Positions 47,846 through 61,000 are shown, counted from the whole stretch's first letter. The stretch is DNA of 62,536 bases, filler included, from Stramenopiles sp. TOSAG23-6 (GCA_900128565.1; 11 parts of 11 records of this genome joined end to end with filler, not necessarily neighbours in it); one strand, 5' to 3'. Translations and numbers: made by a program. Notes: generated by a model not told the origin, from the letters alone.

Positions 47846-48271
47846 CGTTTTAATATTNNNNNNNNNNNNNNNNNNNNNNNNNNNNNNNNNNNNNNNNNNN
47901 NNNNNNNNNNNNNNNNNNNNNNNNNNNNNNNNNNNNNNNNNNNNNNNNNNNNNNNNNNNNNNNNNNNNNNNNNNNNNNNNNNNNNNNNNNNNNNNNNNNN
48001 NNNNNNNNNNNNNNNNNNNNNNNNNNNTATCATGTTGGTGGTGTTGTTTGATGAAAAACCGAACCGAACAAGCTTTTTGAGGTGCGCATGCCATGAGATT
48101 TCAGATTCGAAGCCAAAAGTTCGAAAATTTTTTGATTTCCAATATTTCGTGCATTAAATTTTCTTTTCAGCGCGAATAATATTTATTACACATTACAAGT
48201 ACTACGAAATAAAGAGCCTGTACTTGGCCTATATGCTTCTTGGTCTACAGCGAATATTTAGAAGCACTACA

Positions 48272-50860
48272 ATGGGACGCGGACGCGGGCGGAACAATCG
48301 CCGAGGTGGTGGAAATAAACGTGGTTATGGTGGAAAACGAGAGGGCAGAGGGCGTGGTGGTAGACCCAGAGAACCTGGGCCTCCTCGTGACTATTCCAGG
48401 ACGTTTAAGCCATTTACTCGTGTTTCAGCTTCCGAAACTGATGTTGGCATCTCGTTGTACCGCAATGATAAAGTTACTGGTTTTCAAGCCATTATCAAAG
48501 AGCGATATTCCGACTTTCTGGTGAATGAAGTGGATCGTGACGGTACAATTGTTCACTTAACAGATTTGGGTGAAGGTTTTGTGTCGAAAGCACAGAAGAA
48601 GAAATATGGTAATAATCACAGTACTCTAGATAAGGAAAGTACACCAATACAACACGTAAGTTGGGGTTCCTATTTAACTGGTACAGGATTAGTTGCATCA
48701 GCTAATGCCTTGGAATCTGAACGCAAAAAACTTGCAAAGCAGGCCTTGGAAAAAGCTGAGAAACGTAATGCAGAAATTTTGGCAAAGAAAGAGTTAGATG
48801 ATAAGGCGAATGAAGGACACAGTAAACTAGTGGAGCTTGTTGGTGAAGAATTTGCCAAGAAATTTTTTGATTTTGTAGTTTCTCATAGGTCAAGTCTGCA
48901 AAGGAAGCGTGATGATGCGAGAAGAAAATGGTTGATTAAACAAGCTGACTTAGGTGACAAAGCGGCTACTGAAGAGCTTCTTACTTTTGGTAATTCGAAA
49001 CCTTTAAATGATACTATAAATTTGGAACCCGATGCTGATATGCTACTACCACCATCTGATGATAAGGTTTTACGTACAAAACTTCATAATATTGTACGTG
49101 AATATTTTTCAGGTTTTGTCACAGATTCAGTTGATGGTCCAGAAGGCTCCCAGTCAAAATCTAANTGTGTACGAGTTCGTCCTGGTAAAGAGCACAGGGC
49201 TCGTGGTGGTGGTGGAAAACGTAATAAAAGTAAAAATGGATACGATCCACGTAATAATAGAAAGGAATGGATTGGGGGACAAGATAAACCGTATATACAT
49301 TTCACTTTATTCAAAGAAAATATGGATACAGTAAGAGCTATTGGAGAAATCTGCAAGATATTAAGAATTCGTGATAAATCAATGGGATATGCAGGTACGA
49401 AAGATAAACGTGCGATTACTGCTCAACGTATCTCAGCGTATAAACTTGAACCACAAAAGTTATTAAAGATAAATTCTGCTCGCTGCCCTCTTCATGTGGG
49501 TAATATAGAGTTTCATTCTAAACCCTTGAGCTTAGGCCAATTATCTGGAAATCATTTTACGATTGTTTTACGCGATGTAAATTTAAATGAATCTGTTGAC
49601 ATCACCGCTGATACTAAAGATGATACTGTGGTGTTAAATAAAGCTCTTGAATTATGGAAAAAAAGAGGATTTGTCAATTATTTTGGACTTCAGCGTTTTG
49701 GTACCGGTGCCATTCCTACACATGAAATAGGAGCTGCTTTGATTCGTCGGGATTGGTCTGAAGCTGTTGATTTATTGTTGAAACCGAGAAAAGGTGAACG
49801 TGAAGATATTCAGGCGGCCAGAGATTTTTTTGCTGCATCTGAAAAACAAGATGTTTTGGGTACATTGGAGAGAATGCCATGGCAGTGCACAATCGAAAGA
49901 AAAATATTGAGTGGTTTACTTCAGCATGGCTGTACTGATTATCAAGGGGCTTTGAATGGATTACCTCGTAATATGCGTAAATTATATGTTCATGCATATC
50001 AGAGTTATATTTGGAATAAATTGACTTCTGAAAGGCTTTCAAAAATGGATGATAATTATGCTGTTGAAGGTGATCTTGTATTAAAGTCTACTTTGAGTGC
50101 CGATGATGATGCCTCTGAAGCTACATTAATGGACATAGACAATACTGAAGTAAAAAATGATCCAGAAACAAATCTAGGAAATTCAAAAGATGAAAAGAAA
50201 AATTTTCCATTACCAGATGTTCATATAGTTTCACCAGAAGAAGCTTCTTCTAAAATGTTTTCTATATATGATGTTGTTTTACCATTACCTGGCTATGACG
50301 TCACTTTGCCTACTCACTCTCTTCGAGATCGTTATTCTGATCTTCTGAAGGAACATAATATTACACAACAACAATTTCATTCTCCTCAAGGTCGTTCTGA
50401 GTATAAATTACGTGGGTTTTATAGGCATATTGTACATAAACCAAAAGATGTTTGTTGGGATTTTATAAAATATAACGATAATTGCGTTCCTCTCACTGTG
50501 TCAGATATGGACCGAATGAACTCGAATGATATGAATTTTATCAATGAAGGAAAATTTCTCGCGATAAAGGTCCAATTTGCATTACCTGTATCGAGTTATG
50601 CAACAATGTGTCTGCGTGAGTTAACTAAGGAATCAACTCATGTATCNCACCATGCCAATCGTACCAAATCAAACGAAGCAGCTTTGAAGGAAAGTAAAGA
50701 TGTAGCGTTGAATGGAAATGCTTCCGTATCAAATTCTCTACCAAAAGAATTAGAAGACCCAATGAAAGTTGATACTCGTAATAATCTATTAAAGAGATCT
50801 GTGGTCGATGCTACTTTTAATGACAGCGAAAAGATGAACAAAAAAGCAAAATTGAATTGA
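48272..50860 (+). CDS. PUS7: Pseudouridine synthase PUS7 (TruD family)
   Basis: IKERYSDFLVNE, YAGTKDKRAIT.Q, GNHFTIVLR, NYFGLQRFG, HAYQSYIWN, SSYATMCLRE. Confidence 0.96.
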   Translation: MGRGRGRNNRRGGGNKRGYGGKREGRGRGGRPREPGPPRDYSRTFKPFTRVSASETDVGISLYRNDKVTGFQAIIKERYSDFLVNEVDRDGTIVHLTDLGEGFVSKAQKKKYGNNHSTLDKESTPIQHVSWGSYLTGTGLVASANALESERKKLAKQALEKAEKRNAEILAKKELDDKANEGHSKLVELVGEEFAKKFFDFVVSHRSSLQRKRDDARRKWLIKQADLGDKAATEELLTFGNSKPLNDTINLEPDADMLLPPSDDKVLRTKLHNIVREYFSGFVTDSVDGPEGSQSKSXCVRVRPGKEHRARGGGGKRNKSKNGYDPRNNRKEWIGGQDKPYIHFTLFKENMDTVRAIGEICKILRIRDKSMGYAGTKDKRAITAQRISAYKLEPQKLLKINSARCPLHVGNIEFHSKPLSLGQLSGNHFTIVLRDVNLNESVDITADTKDDTVVLNKALELWKKRGFVNYFGLQRFGTGAIPTHEIGAALIRRDWSEAVDLLLKPRKGEREDIQAARDFFAASEKQDVLGTLERMPWQCTIERKILSGLLQHGCTDYQGALNGLPRNMRKLYVHAYQSYIWNKLTSERLSKMDDNYAVEGDLVLKSTLSADDDASEATLMDIDNTEVKNDPETNLGNSKDEKKNFPLPDVHIVSPEEASSKMFSIYDVVLPLPGYDVTLPTHSLRDRYSDLLKEHNITQQQFHSPQGRSEYKLRGFYRHIVHKPKDVCWDFIKYNDNCVPLTVSDMDRMNSNDMNFINEGKFLAIKVQFALPVSSYATMCLRELTKESTHVXHHANRTKSNEAALKESKDVALNGNASVSNSLPKELEDPMKVDTRNNLLKRSVVDATFNDSEKMNKKAKLN

Positions 50861-51359
50861 TGTGAATATTTATTGATTTTTAAAGTGAAAAAATTATTGA
50901 TGTATTAAAAGTTTATTTATTACCCGTTGGGAACACTTGCCCGGAAGATTTAAATTTCATTTTATGTGTACATTTTTGTCAAAATATTGTTAAGTAATAG
51001 AAATTCACCCTTTACGTTATCTGAAAAAGGCTCAACAAAGACGATGCCGCTTCTTCTTCTTCTAGTTTTTTATTAAAGGCATTTTCCAGAAGACCATTTA
51101 ACTTCATTGAATATCGGTAAACAAAGACATCCAGGAAATTGTGTCGAGATACTGGAAGCTCTACTCCCGGAAGTAAAGCAACAATTTTTTTTAGATTATT
51201 TTNNNNNNNNNNNNNNNNNNNNNNNNNNNNNNNNNNNNNNNNNNNNTTAATTAATTAANNNNNNNNNNNNNNNNNNNNNNNNNNNNNNNNNNNNNNNNNN
51301 NNAGGTACAAAATTTCGTACGAAAAAAAAAATTGGAATTTGAAAAAAAATAAAACATCC

Positions 51360-52061
51360 ATAGTCAGTAACATGATTAATCACAGCATATGCAATTTCTG
51401 CTTCTGCAGCAAGTTGTGCTTCTGGGACAGTAGTCATATTAATCAAATCAAGATTCCATTGTCTAAAAATATTGCTTTCAGTGCGTGTAGAAAATCTCGG
51501 TCCATTGATGGAAACAACACTTCCTCTCTCATGCAACTTTTTGGAAAATTCGGGATTTTCCTTTTTTTTATCTGCTATCATCTTGGAACACTCTGATATC
51601 AATATTTCACGAAGCACAGGACAAAATGGATCCGCGAGGCTAATATGAGCTACGCAGCCATCTCCAAAAAATGTACCCTCGCGCTGACCACCAGAGGTTC
51701 TGTCAAAGCTTCCATTTGGAATTGCTATGTCTCCTGGCCGGAAGTTTTCTTGTAAACTTCCACATGCACTTACAGAGATAAGCCATTTGACACCAAATTT
51801 CTTGAAACCATATATATTTGCACGGTAATTGATTTCTTGTGGTAATATGCCATGACCAACACCATGGCGAGCCAAAAACACAACGGAATGACCATGTAGC
51901 TTTCCAATGACATACGAATCACTTGGTGCTCCATAAGGAGTGCTTAGTGTAACTTTTTTGATATCTGTCATTTCAGGTAGATTGTACATACCACTACCGC
52001 CAATAATGCCAATATCAGCGGAATAAGCAAATGTATCCCTGGTATAATTTTCGCTCGACAT
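51360..52061 (-). CDS. MTAP: S-methyl-5'-thioadenosine phosphorylase, first exon; intron with GG donor begins at 51359
   Basis: IGIIGGSG, TPYGAPSD, FLARHG, NYRANI, GPRFSTR.ES, NMT..PEA.LA, VTDY. Confidence 0.95.
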
Positions 52062-52342
52062 TATCAAATAAATAGTTTAAACTTTATACTGTGGACTGAA
52101 TACTATTTTTTAGTCTTGTCGTACTAGTTATAGTGTATTGTTGGTGTCATGACATTTTGTGTGATTTGGATTTGCGGGTCAAGTTGAGAAAAACACGAAA
52201 TCATCACTTCGGCTTCCGTTACGTAGTAAAAACGGTCGGCGATCTTTGGAATATTTGTGGCCAACTACTACACGACTTACAGTAGCAATTTATCCAAGTT
52301 CAGTTTATTAAGGTTCGCTTTCACCCAAATTAAGGTTTTAGA

Positions 52343-55300
52343 ATGATTCCAAAGAGAACTGCAATGAGTCTCGCCAGAGAAAAGCTAACGGAATTTGAAA
52401 AGAAGCATGCTGTAAGCGCCAATATCTACAATATAAGTGAAACTAGTTTCTTGAATAAAATGAAACGAATCAACAACAGCAGTGAATTGTCTGATATCAA
52501 TATGCACGCAGAATTGACCGAAGCAGATGAAATGGTTGAACTTCTAAAGAAACGTTTGGGAGAAAAAGCAAAATATGAAAAATCACTTATGCAAGGTATC
52601 GAATCCGCAAAGTCGTCAGAAGACGTTTTGAGAGCACAACTAGACAGTGAGGTCCGAGCTCGAGAGCATGTTGAGAGACAGATCGAACAGCTTCAAGACC
52701 AGGTAAAAGAATATAAAAAATCTGTTGAACGCAACCAAAAGAAAGAAGTCGCGCAAGTCGAAGAAATCAATTCACTCGAATTACAAATGAAAGACTTGAA
52801 AATGACGTATGATCAAACAGTTGCAAAAGAGCACAAAGCTGAAATTAATCTTCATGAAAGTGAAAAAAGATCACGTGACCTTGAAAGAGAATTAATTCAT
52901 GTTCGCATTGAAAACGCTCGACTTCAAGAACAATATGATCTTAAACAACAAGAGTCTCATGAATTGGAACTTAAGTGCAGTACTGCACGAGATAAGTTAA
53001 TTCGGGAAGTCAACGCCACCAAAATTAAAGTCATCGCAATGAAGAAAAATTACGCGGAGTGCGTCGCTGATATCGAAAAACTTCAAGTAGATCTCAAAGA
53101 AGGGCAATCCACTTTAGAGAACTCAAAGGTAGAACACGAGAAGGCAAAGGCAGTTTTAGAAGCTACCCAGGCTGAACTTGATGCTCGACTTGTTGAAGAA
53201 GAGAGAGCAACGGAAATTTTATGTGCTGAGTTGACAGAAAAAAATAAGCAGGAAATGCACCTAACTGTTCAAATGGAAACATGTAAAAAAGCAAGAGTTA
53301 TGCTTTCTGAGACTCTGGCGGAAAAAACGGAACTAGCAGAGGATCTTGGTAAACGTCTAAGTAATCTTCAAGGGCATTTAGAAATTATGGAAGAACGAAT
53401 GGAAGAAAAATACAAGGAGAATAGTAAACTTGCAAAGGAACTCGAGCACACCGAATCGAATTTAAATTTATTGAAACTCCAGCTTAGCAAGGAAAGGCAC
53501 AATAAAGCTGAACAAGAACGAGCTTTAAAACGAGAACAGTCAAATGCTGCTATTATTCAAAGAGAGATTTTAGCAAGATCAAATACTGATAAACAAATGC
53601 TTACTGCTGTAAACGAAGCTGAAGTTAAGTCTCAAGATTTGTCAGATCAACTTCAAGCATGCGAAGAAGAGCGTCAAAAGTACTTGGCAGAAATTACTCA
53701 TACTAATGATAAAATGTATGTTTTACGCCAAAAATACGACGGCGTTCAAAAGGCTTTAAAAAATATGAAACTTAAACTTACTTTGAAAAAAGAAGAGTAT
53801 GATTCCATGGATAAAGAGTTGAAAAAGCGCTCAAAAGAGTTTGTGTTTAATGAACATGAAGCAAAGCTCAAAGCGACTGATTTGAGACATCAAATTGCAG
53901 AAAATACTGAAAGATTACAAGTCTTGAAAAATACGTTGGACTTAAATGAAATTAAGATCAAAGATTCAAAGAGTGTATTACATCAAGTTTGTGAAAATGC
54001 AGAATTTGAACGCCAAAATCTTAGCCAGCAAATACAAGAGCTAAAATCAGCCAACGCTTTGATCGCAACAGAAACTGAACAAGAAAAGCATAAAGGCAGG
54101 GCACTTGAGAATGATTTGATATCCGCAGAAAATCGTTTAAGAGAAGCCTTGGCAGCCATTGGCGCACAAGAGAAGAAGAGTCAAGGACTAAATATTGTGA
54201 ATCAAGAAGAGCAGGACAGAATGATGCAGCAACTCAGAGATATTACAGCACAGATTGATGATATGAATCAAAAGACAATGGATAATCGATCCGAAATTCG
54301 CGACTGGCAAGTAAAATTGAACGATACAAAGCAAGAAAAGATGCGTATTGAAGAACATCTCAGTAGTGAACAGGCCATCACAAAGAAACTTCGTGATCAG
54401 CTTGAAGAAAAGATGGACATTGGTCTTTCTCAGAAATCAAAGATTGCTATGCTGGAACAACATAATCACGACCTGGATATCAACATGTCTGCAATATCCA
54501 AAGAAGAAGAGAAGGTTCGTTGTGATGTTGACGAAATTCAGTCAAAGGTTGATGTACTGAAACAAGAGGTTCGTGATGCTGAATTGCGTAACCAAACATT
54601 TTACAATGAACAACAAGCAACGCATAGAACTATCATGGAATTAGAAAGCTCACTAAAAACACAGGAATCTCAACACATAGCAGATGCACGAGCAGTGAAG
54701 TTATCTATCGTATCTCTACAGGATGCTTTATTATCAAAGGTGAATATTGTTGAAAGTTTGGTACACTCAACTCGTGCCACACAGGCAAAAGCAAAGTCTG
54801 TACAGAAACGTTTAGATGATACTAATGCCGCGGCTGCGGCTTCTCAAGGTCGCTACCAGACAATGTTGATGGAAGAGCAACGTACTACAGCTGCACTACG
54901 GCAAGAAATTGAAACACAAATGCGCAATGAAAGAGTTCTGCAACAACATTTACTCAAGAAAGATCAACAAGGCCAAGAATTGCAAACAAAATTGGCGGAA
55001 CAAACTTCGCGGACAAGCATCATTCAGAGCGATGCGTTAACCAAACGAAAAGAAGCTGACATGGTTATGGCAAGTTTGGAGAAGAAGACTTCAAGAGAGA
55101 AAGAAATGATGTCGGCAATAAACGAGCGCAGTGAAGAAATATTGGGTTTTAGAACAAAACAGCGCGAAGAGGATATGAAAGAGAAACAGATTCGAACATC
55201 ATTGAAACAAACTGAATTCGAAAACAATTTACTGAAAAAGCAGATTGCAATAAAAATGAGATCAGAAAGAGTCGCACTAGTCGACATAGAGGCAGAGAGA

Positions 55301-55372
55301 GTGCATTTAAAACGTGATCCTGAAAATGAAGTAAATGAATTCAAAAACGGGAGCGAAGTTGGAAAAGTTTAA
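52343..55372 (+). CDS. Long coiled-coil protein of unknown function
   Basis: 1009-aa intronless ORF rich in E/K/Q heptads. Confidence 0.85.
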   Translation: MIPKRTAMSLAREKLTEFEKKHAVSANIYNISETSFLNKMKRINNSSELSDINMHAELTEADEMVELLKKRLGEKAKYEKSLMQGIESAKSSEDVLRAQLDSEVRAREHVERQIEQLQDQVKEYKKSVERNQKKEVAQVEEINSLELQMKDLKMTYDQTVAKEHKAEINLHESEKRSRDLERELIHVRIENARLQEQYDLKQQESHELELKCSTARDKLIREVNATKIKVIAMKKNYAECVADIEKLQVDLKEGQSTLENSKVEHEKAKAVLEATQAELDARLVEEERATEILCAELTEKNKQEMHLTVQMETCKKARVMLSETLAEKTELAEDLGKRLSNLQGHLEIMEERMEEKYKENSKLAKELEHTESNLNLLKLQLSKERHNKAEQERALKREQSNAAIIQREILARSNTDKQMLTAVNEAEVKSQDLSDQLQACEEERQKYLAEITHTNDKMYVLRQKYDGVQKALKNMKLKLTLKKEEYDSMDKELKKRSKEFVFNEHEAKLKATDLRHQIAENTERLQVLKNTLDLNEIKIKDSKSVLHQVCENAEFERQNLSQQIQELKSANALIATETEQEKHKGRALENDLISAENRLREALAAIGAQEKKSQGLNIVNQEEQDRMMQQLRDITAQIDDMNQKTMDNRSEIRDWQVKLNDTKQEKMRIEEHLSSEQAITKKLRDQLEEKMDIGLSQKSKIAMLEQHNHDLDINMSAISKEEEKVRCDVDEIQSKVDVLKQEVRDAELRNQTFYNEQQATHRTIMELESSLKTQESQHIADARAVKLSIVSLQDALLSKVNIVESLVHSTRATQAKAKSVQKRLDDTNAAAAASQGRYQTMLMEEQRTTAALRQEIETQMRNERVLQQHLLKKDQQGQELQTKLAEQTSRTSIIQSDALTKRKEADMVMASLEKKTSREKEMMSAINERSEEILGFRTKQREEDMKEKQIRTSLKQTEFENNLLKKQIAIKMRSERVALVDIEAERVHLKRDPENEVNEFKNGSEVGKV

Positions 55373-55505
55373 TTTATAACTTTGTTTTTCTTTTTGAAAG
55401 CAAAGGAAACAGAATTCTACATTCATTAACGAGAAACGACTTTGTACAATAAAAGTAGATAATATCCGAAATTATTGTAATATTTTATCATACTCAAATC
55501 TTAAA

Positions 55506-56775
55506 TCACATAGATAAAGCACGTTGTGTAATATCTCTACTAGTAGATGGAGTACTGTGCAATGCTTTATCAGAACCAGGGCTTCTAATTTCTTCAATAC
55601 TTTCACCATCATCCAAATCCACTTTATCTAATGCCGGTATTGTAGTTATCACTCGCATACCAAGCTCTGATACTTTGTGTCGAAAGTTAGAATCTGGACA
55701 AGTGATAAACATCATATTCATGGAAACTCCAAGCTCACGGGCAATCCATTGAACAGATGAAGGTGAGAATGTACCTGACATACAAATACACGAAACCTGA
55801 ATTTTCGGATAAATGCTGTCTAGCAATTGAACATGTTCATATAAGTTTTTGGGTACTCCCACTTCAGGATCATACACATGCACAACAAGCATTTTGGCAG
55901 TTTCTTCATTCTCTCGAACATAAAGTATAGCTTTATTTAGAATCACGAGAGAATCATTTTTTAGAAAAAATACTACCTTTTTATCCGCAATTTCCGCCAT
56001 CATTTGTTTAGCTGTAATATCCCAACGCTGGCGAAAACTTTTAAAATGTCTAAATAATTTGTAGGAACCTCGGAGGTACATCTTGAGTAAGAATGTTCTT
56101 TGAAACATTATCATCATTATTAAGGCTACAGCCGCTGTGTACATAAGAAAGTACTGCAATGCTGCACCTTTTGAAATTAAATTACCTACCACTCCCATTG
56201 CAGCACTTATGAGGGCAACAACAACCGTGAACCACGAGGCTTCTACTTGGCGTGGTAGTCCAGGTCGTTTGTATTTCAGTAGCATTGTGCCAATTGTGAA
56301 GCATATCATAAGTCCTAGAAATGCAAAACAATAGACACCACTTAAATTCTCTAAATTTATCTTGTGTGATATTCCAGTCAAAATATCGTACTGTAATACA
56401 ATAAGCAGAGATGATGCAACAACAAAATATCCAAATATAATATAATGGTTCGTACCTCGCCATGAATTTGTTTTAAGAAAAAATTGTGGTAAACATCGAT
56501 CTTGAGAAAGCTTACGAATTAAACCTCCGACGCCGACATATGCTGTTAAAACTGAACCAGATAAAACAATGAATGCGTCAATTGATACTAAAAGTTTAAG
56601 CCAAACATCAGAGATGATTATCGTTTCACTTGTCTTTGAAGGATAGTTTGAGGATACTGCAACTTCTCCCATAATCGCCAGAAGAGTTCCAGAGTTTTTA
56701 GGAATAGCAGTAAGTTTAATTGTACAGAGTGCTAGAAAAGTAATCATTGGGTTGAAGAAGCTTACAATGGCCCAC
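55506..56775 (-). CDS. APC-superfamily amino acid permease, last exon (AT acceptor at 56776)
   Basis: DAFIVLSGSVLTAYVGV.GL...DRCLP, L.GVY.FAFL, LNKAILYVRENE. Confidence 0.88.
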
Positions 56776-57029
56776 ATGTATTTTGAAACAATATTTCAAA
56801 AAAAAAACNTNAANTTGNTANGTANCAAAATTTCGTATGAAAAATAAATTCGATTTTTTTGTTAAAAAAAAANNNNNNNNNNNNNNNNNNNNNNNNNNNN
56901 NNNNNNNNNNNNNNNNTTAATTAATTAANNNNNNNNNNNNNNNNNNNNNNNNNNNNNNNNNNNNNNNNNNNNAGGTACAAAATTTCGTACGAAAAAAAAA
57001 ATTGGAATTTGAAAAAAAATAAAACATCC

Positions 57030-57731
57030 ATAGTCAGTAACATGATTAATCACAGCATATGCAATTTCTGCTTCTGCAGCAAGTTGTGCTTCTGGGACAG
57101 TAGTCATATTAATCAAATCAAGATTCCATTGTCTAAAAATATTGCTTTCAGTGCGTGTAGAAAATCTCGGTCCATTGATGGAAACAACACTTCCTCTCTC
57201 ATGCAACTTTTTGGAAAATTCGGGATTTTCCTTTTTTTTATCTGCTATCATCTTGGAACACTCTGATATCAATATTTCACGAAGCACAGGACAAAATGGA
57301 TCCGCGAGGCTAATATGAGCTACGCAGCCATCTCCAAAAAATGTACCCTCGCGCTGACCACCAGAGGTTCTGTCAAAGCTTCCATTTGGAATTGCTATGT
57401 CTCCTGGCCGGAAGTTTTCTTGTAAACTTCCACATGCACTTACAGAGATAAGCCATTTGACACCAAATTTCTTGAAACCATATATATTTGCACGGTAATT
57501 GATTTCTTGTGGTAATATGCCATGACCAACACCATGGCGAGCCAAAAACACAACGGAATGACCATGTAGCTTTCCAATGACATACGAATCACTTGGTGCT
57601 CCATAAGGAGTGCTTAGTGTAACTTTTTTGATATCTGTCATTTCAGGTAGATTGTACATACCACTACCGCCAATAATGCCAATATCAGCGGAATAAGCAA
57701 ATGTATCCCTGGTATAATTTTCGCTCGACAT
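57030..57731 (-). CDS. MTAP: MTAP (duplicate contig copy)
   Basis: Identical to 51360-52061. Confidence 0.9.
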
Positions 57732-58012
57732 TATCAAATAAATAGTTTAAACTTTATACTGTGGACTGAATACTATTTTTTAGTCTTGTCGTACTAGTTA
57801 TAGTGTATTGTTGGTGTCATGACATTTTGTGTGATTTGGATTTGCGGGTCAAGTTGAGAAAAACACGAAATCATCACTTCGGCTTCCGTTACGTAGTAAA
57901 AACGGTCGGCGATCTTTGGAATATTTGTGGCCAACTACTACACGACTTACAGTAGCAATTTATCCAAGTTCAGTTTATTAAGGTTCGCTTTCACCCAAAT
58001 TAAGGTTTTAGA

Positions 58013-61000
58013 ATGATTCCAAAGAGAACTGCAATGAGTCTCGCCAGAGAAAAGCTAACGGAATTTGAAAAGAAGCATGCTGTAAGCGCCAATATCTACA
58101 ATATAAGTGAAACTAGTTTCTTGAATAAAATGAAACGAATCAACAACAGCAGTGAATTGTCTGATATCAATATGCACGCAGAATTGACCGAAGCAGATGA
58201 AATGGTTGAACTTCTAAAGAAACGTTTGGGAGAAAAAGCAAAATATGAAAAATCACTTATGCAAGGTATCGAATCCGCAAAGTCGTCAGAAGACGTTTTG
58301 AGAGCACAACTAGACAGTGAGGTCCGAGCTCGAGAGCATGTTGAGAGACAGATCGAACAGCTTCAAGACCAGGTAAAAGAATATAAAAAATCTGTTGAAC
58401 GCAACCAAAAGAAAGAAGTCGCGCAAGTCGAAGAAATCAATTCACTCGAATTACAAATGAAAGACTTGAAAATGACGTATGATCAAACAGTTGCAAAAGA
58501 GCACAAAGCTGAAATTAATCTTCATGAAAGTGAAAAAAGATCACGTGACCTTGAAAGAGAATTAATTCATGTTCGCATTGAAAACGCTCGACTTCAAGAA
58601 CAATATGATCTTAAACAACAAGAGTCTCATGAATTGGAACTTAAGTGCAGTACTGCACGAGATAAGTTAATTCGGGAAGTCAACGCCACCAAAATTAAAG
58701 TCATCGCAATGAAGAAAAATTACGCGGAGTGCGTCGCTGATATCGAAAAACTTCAAGTAGATCTCAAAGAAGGGCAATCCACTTTAGAGAACTCAAAGGT
58801 AGAACACGAGAAGGCAAAGGCAGTTTTAGAAGCTACCCAGGCTGAACTTGATGCTCGACTTGTTGAAGAAGAGAGAGCAACGGAAATTTTATGTGCTGAG
58901 TTGACAGAAAAAAATAAGCAGGAAATGCACCTAACTGTTCAAATGGAAACATGTAAAAAAGCAAGAGTTATGCTTTCTGAGACTCTGGCGGAAAAAACGG
59001 AACTAGCAGAGGATCTTGGTAAACGTCTAAGTAATCTTCAAGGGCATTTAGAAATTATGGAAGAACGAATGGAAGAAAAATACAAGGAGAATAGTAAACT
59101 TGCAAAGGAACTCGAGCACACCGAATCGAATTTAAATTTATTGAAACTCCAGCTTAGCAAGGAAAGGCACAATAAAGCTGAACAAGAACGAGCTTTAAAA
59201 CGAGAACAGTCAAATGCTGCTATTATTCAAAGAGAGATTTTAGCAAGATCAAATACTGATAAACAAATGCTTACTGCTGTAAACGAAGCTGAAGTTAAGT
59301 CTCAAGATTTGTCAGATCAACTTCAAGCATGCGAAGAAGAGCGTCAAAAGTACTTGGCAGAAATTACTCATACTAATGATAAAATGTATGTTTTACGCCA
59401 AAAATACGACGGCGTTCAAAAGGCTTTAAAAAATATGAAACTTAAACTTACTTTGAAAAAAGAAGAGTATGATTCCATGGATAAAGAGTTGAAAAAGCGC
59501 TCAAAAGAGTTTGTGTTTAATGAACATGAAGCAAAGCTCAAAGCGACTGATTTGAGACATCAAATTGCAGAAAATACTGAAAGATTACAAGTCTTGAAAA
59601 ATACGTTGGACTTAAATGAAATTAAGATCAAAGATTCAAAGAGTGTATTACATCAAGTTTGTGAAAATGCAGAATTTGAACGCCAAAATCTTAGCCAGCA
59701 AATACAAGAGCTAAAATCAGCCAACGCTTTGATCGCAACAGAAACTGAACAAGAAAAGCATAAAGGCAGGGCACTTGAGAATGATTTGATATCCGCAGAA
59801 AATCGTTTAAGAGAAGCCTTGGCAGCCATTGGCGCACAAGAGAAGAAGAGTCAAGGACTAAATATTGTGAATCAAGAAGAGCAGGACAGAATGATGCAGC
59901 AACTCAGAGATATTACAGCACAGATTGATGATATGAATCAAAAGACAATGGATAATCGATCCGAAATTCGCGACTGGCAAGTAAAATTGAACGATACAAA
60001 GCAAGAAAAGATGCGTATTGAAGAACATCTCAGTAGTGAACAGGCCATCACAAAGAAACTTCGTGATCAGCTTGAAGAAAAGATGGACATTGGTCTTTCT
60101 CAGAAATCAAAGATTGCTATGCTGGAACAACATAATCACGACCTGGATATCAACATGTCTGCAATATCCAAAGAAGAAGAGAAGGTTCGTTGTGATGTTG
60201 ACGAAATTCAGTCAAAGGTTGATGTACTGAAACAAGAGGTTCGTGATGCTGAATTGCGTAACCAAACATTTTACAATGAACAACAAGCAACGCATAGAAC
60301 TATCATGGAATTAGAAAGCTCACTAAAAACACAGGAATCTCAACACATAGCAGATGCACGAGCAGTGAAGTTATCTATCGTATCTCTACAGGATGCTTTA
60401 TTATCAAAGGTGAATATTGTTGAAAGTTTGGTACACTCAACTCGTGCCACACAGGCAAAAGCAAAGTCTGTACAGAAACGTTTAGATGATACTAATGCCG
60501 CGGCTGCGGCTTCTCAAGGTCGCTACCAGACAATGTTGATGGAAGAGCAACGTACTACAGCTGCACTACGGCAAGAAATTGAAACACAAATGCGCAATGA
60601 AAGAGTTCTGCAACAACATTTACTCAAGAAAGATCAACAAGGCCAAGAATTGCAAACAAAATTGGCGGAACAAACTTCGCGGACAAGCATCATTCAGAGC
60701 GATGCGTTAACCAAACGAAAAGAAGCTGACATGGTTATGGCAAGTTTGGAGAAGAAGACTTCAAGAGAGAAAGAAATGATGTCGGCAATAAACGAGCGCA
60801 GTGAAGAAATATTGGGTTTTAGAACAAAACAGCGCGAAGAGGATATGAAAGAGAAACAGATTCGAACATCATTGAAACAAACTGAATTCGAAAACAATTT
60901 ACTGAAAAAGCAGATTGCAATAAAAATGAGATCAGAAAGAGTCGCACTAGTCGACATAGAGGCAGAGAGAGTGCATTTAAAACGTGATCCTGAAAATGAA

